From contig NC_134468.1 in NCBI RefSeq assembly GCF_964194025.1, forward strand, positions 3,410,001 to 3,474,000: a DNA stretch of 64,000 nucleotides. Direction: 5' to 3'. The notes beneath the pieces were generated by a model that had not been told where the DNA came from, ran no database searches, and saw nothing but the letters and a program-made list of their open reading frames with translations. This DNA comes from Convolutriloba macropyga. Taxonomy: Eukaryota. Positions 63,621-64,000 of this stretch are shown here, piece after piece. Position 1 is the first letter of the stretch. Each line of letters begins with the position of its first letter. The translations under genes were made by a program, and so were the position numbers.

Positions 63621-64000
63621 AAAGAATTAGTAGCGTTACCAAACCAGAGTGACAAAAATACACCTAAAAGTATTCCTTCGTCAAGTGCAATTCGGTCACA
63701 GCTAAGCTATTACTTATTTTCCATACTAAATTTTCTCGTAAAACGACCTGCAAAAACGAAACGTTTCAGGGGCAGCCAATTGAAGGACCTTTAGAAAACA
63801 CCACAAATTTTTGACAAAAACCCGCCTGAGTGAATCTTTCAAAAAAATCGCGGCAAAATTTATGTTCTCCAGCAGCGAATCCGTTTTCGCCGATAAACTC
63901 GGGAAGGTTTAGATGGTCACTCTACATTACGCTCAGACAAAAAAATTCCGAACCAGACCATCGAAAACGCCATTAACGACCGACCCACTTACGTAGAGTC

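Overview
AT-rich, intron- and repeat-rich metazoan genomic DNA with a 200-N assembly gap at 1886-2085. Left of the gap is one exon of an RNF217-like RBR E3 ligase. Right of the gap (2086 to ~8800) is a decayed Polinton/Maverick (adintovirus-like) fragment: the tail of a basic core-like ORF, the major capsid protein and an adenain-like protease on +, converging on a C2H2-finger/endonuclease-VII/protein-primed PolB gene on -. All three complete genes carry frameshifts or stops. A JADE/PHF17 (rhinoceros)-like gene on the minus strand spans 13.3-44.7 kb, with 7 phase-consistent exons. Its 21.6-kb intron holds a ~10.5-kb tandem array (1.3-1.45-kb monomers in a 4.33-kb higher-order repeat) whose monomer begins with a Helentron/HINE 3' end. 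At 46.7-53.4 kb are two intact paralogous genes with single-exon CDSs. They encode an unusual SKP1-like + MYND finger + helical (fungal-MYND-family-like) fusion, which is the most interesting item in the window. A heavily degenerate BEL/Pao retrotransposon with a 1.9-kb internal tandem duplication lies at ~54-61 kb. Numerous HINE (DINE-1-like) elements, small TIR MITEs with 8-bp TSDs and a tRNA-Lys-like relic are also present. All family assignments are by eye from recalled motifs, not database searches.
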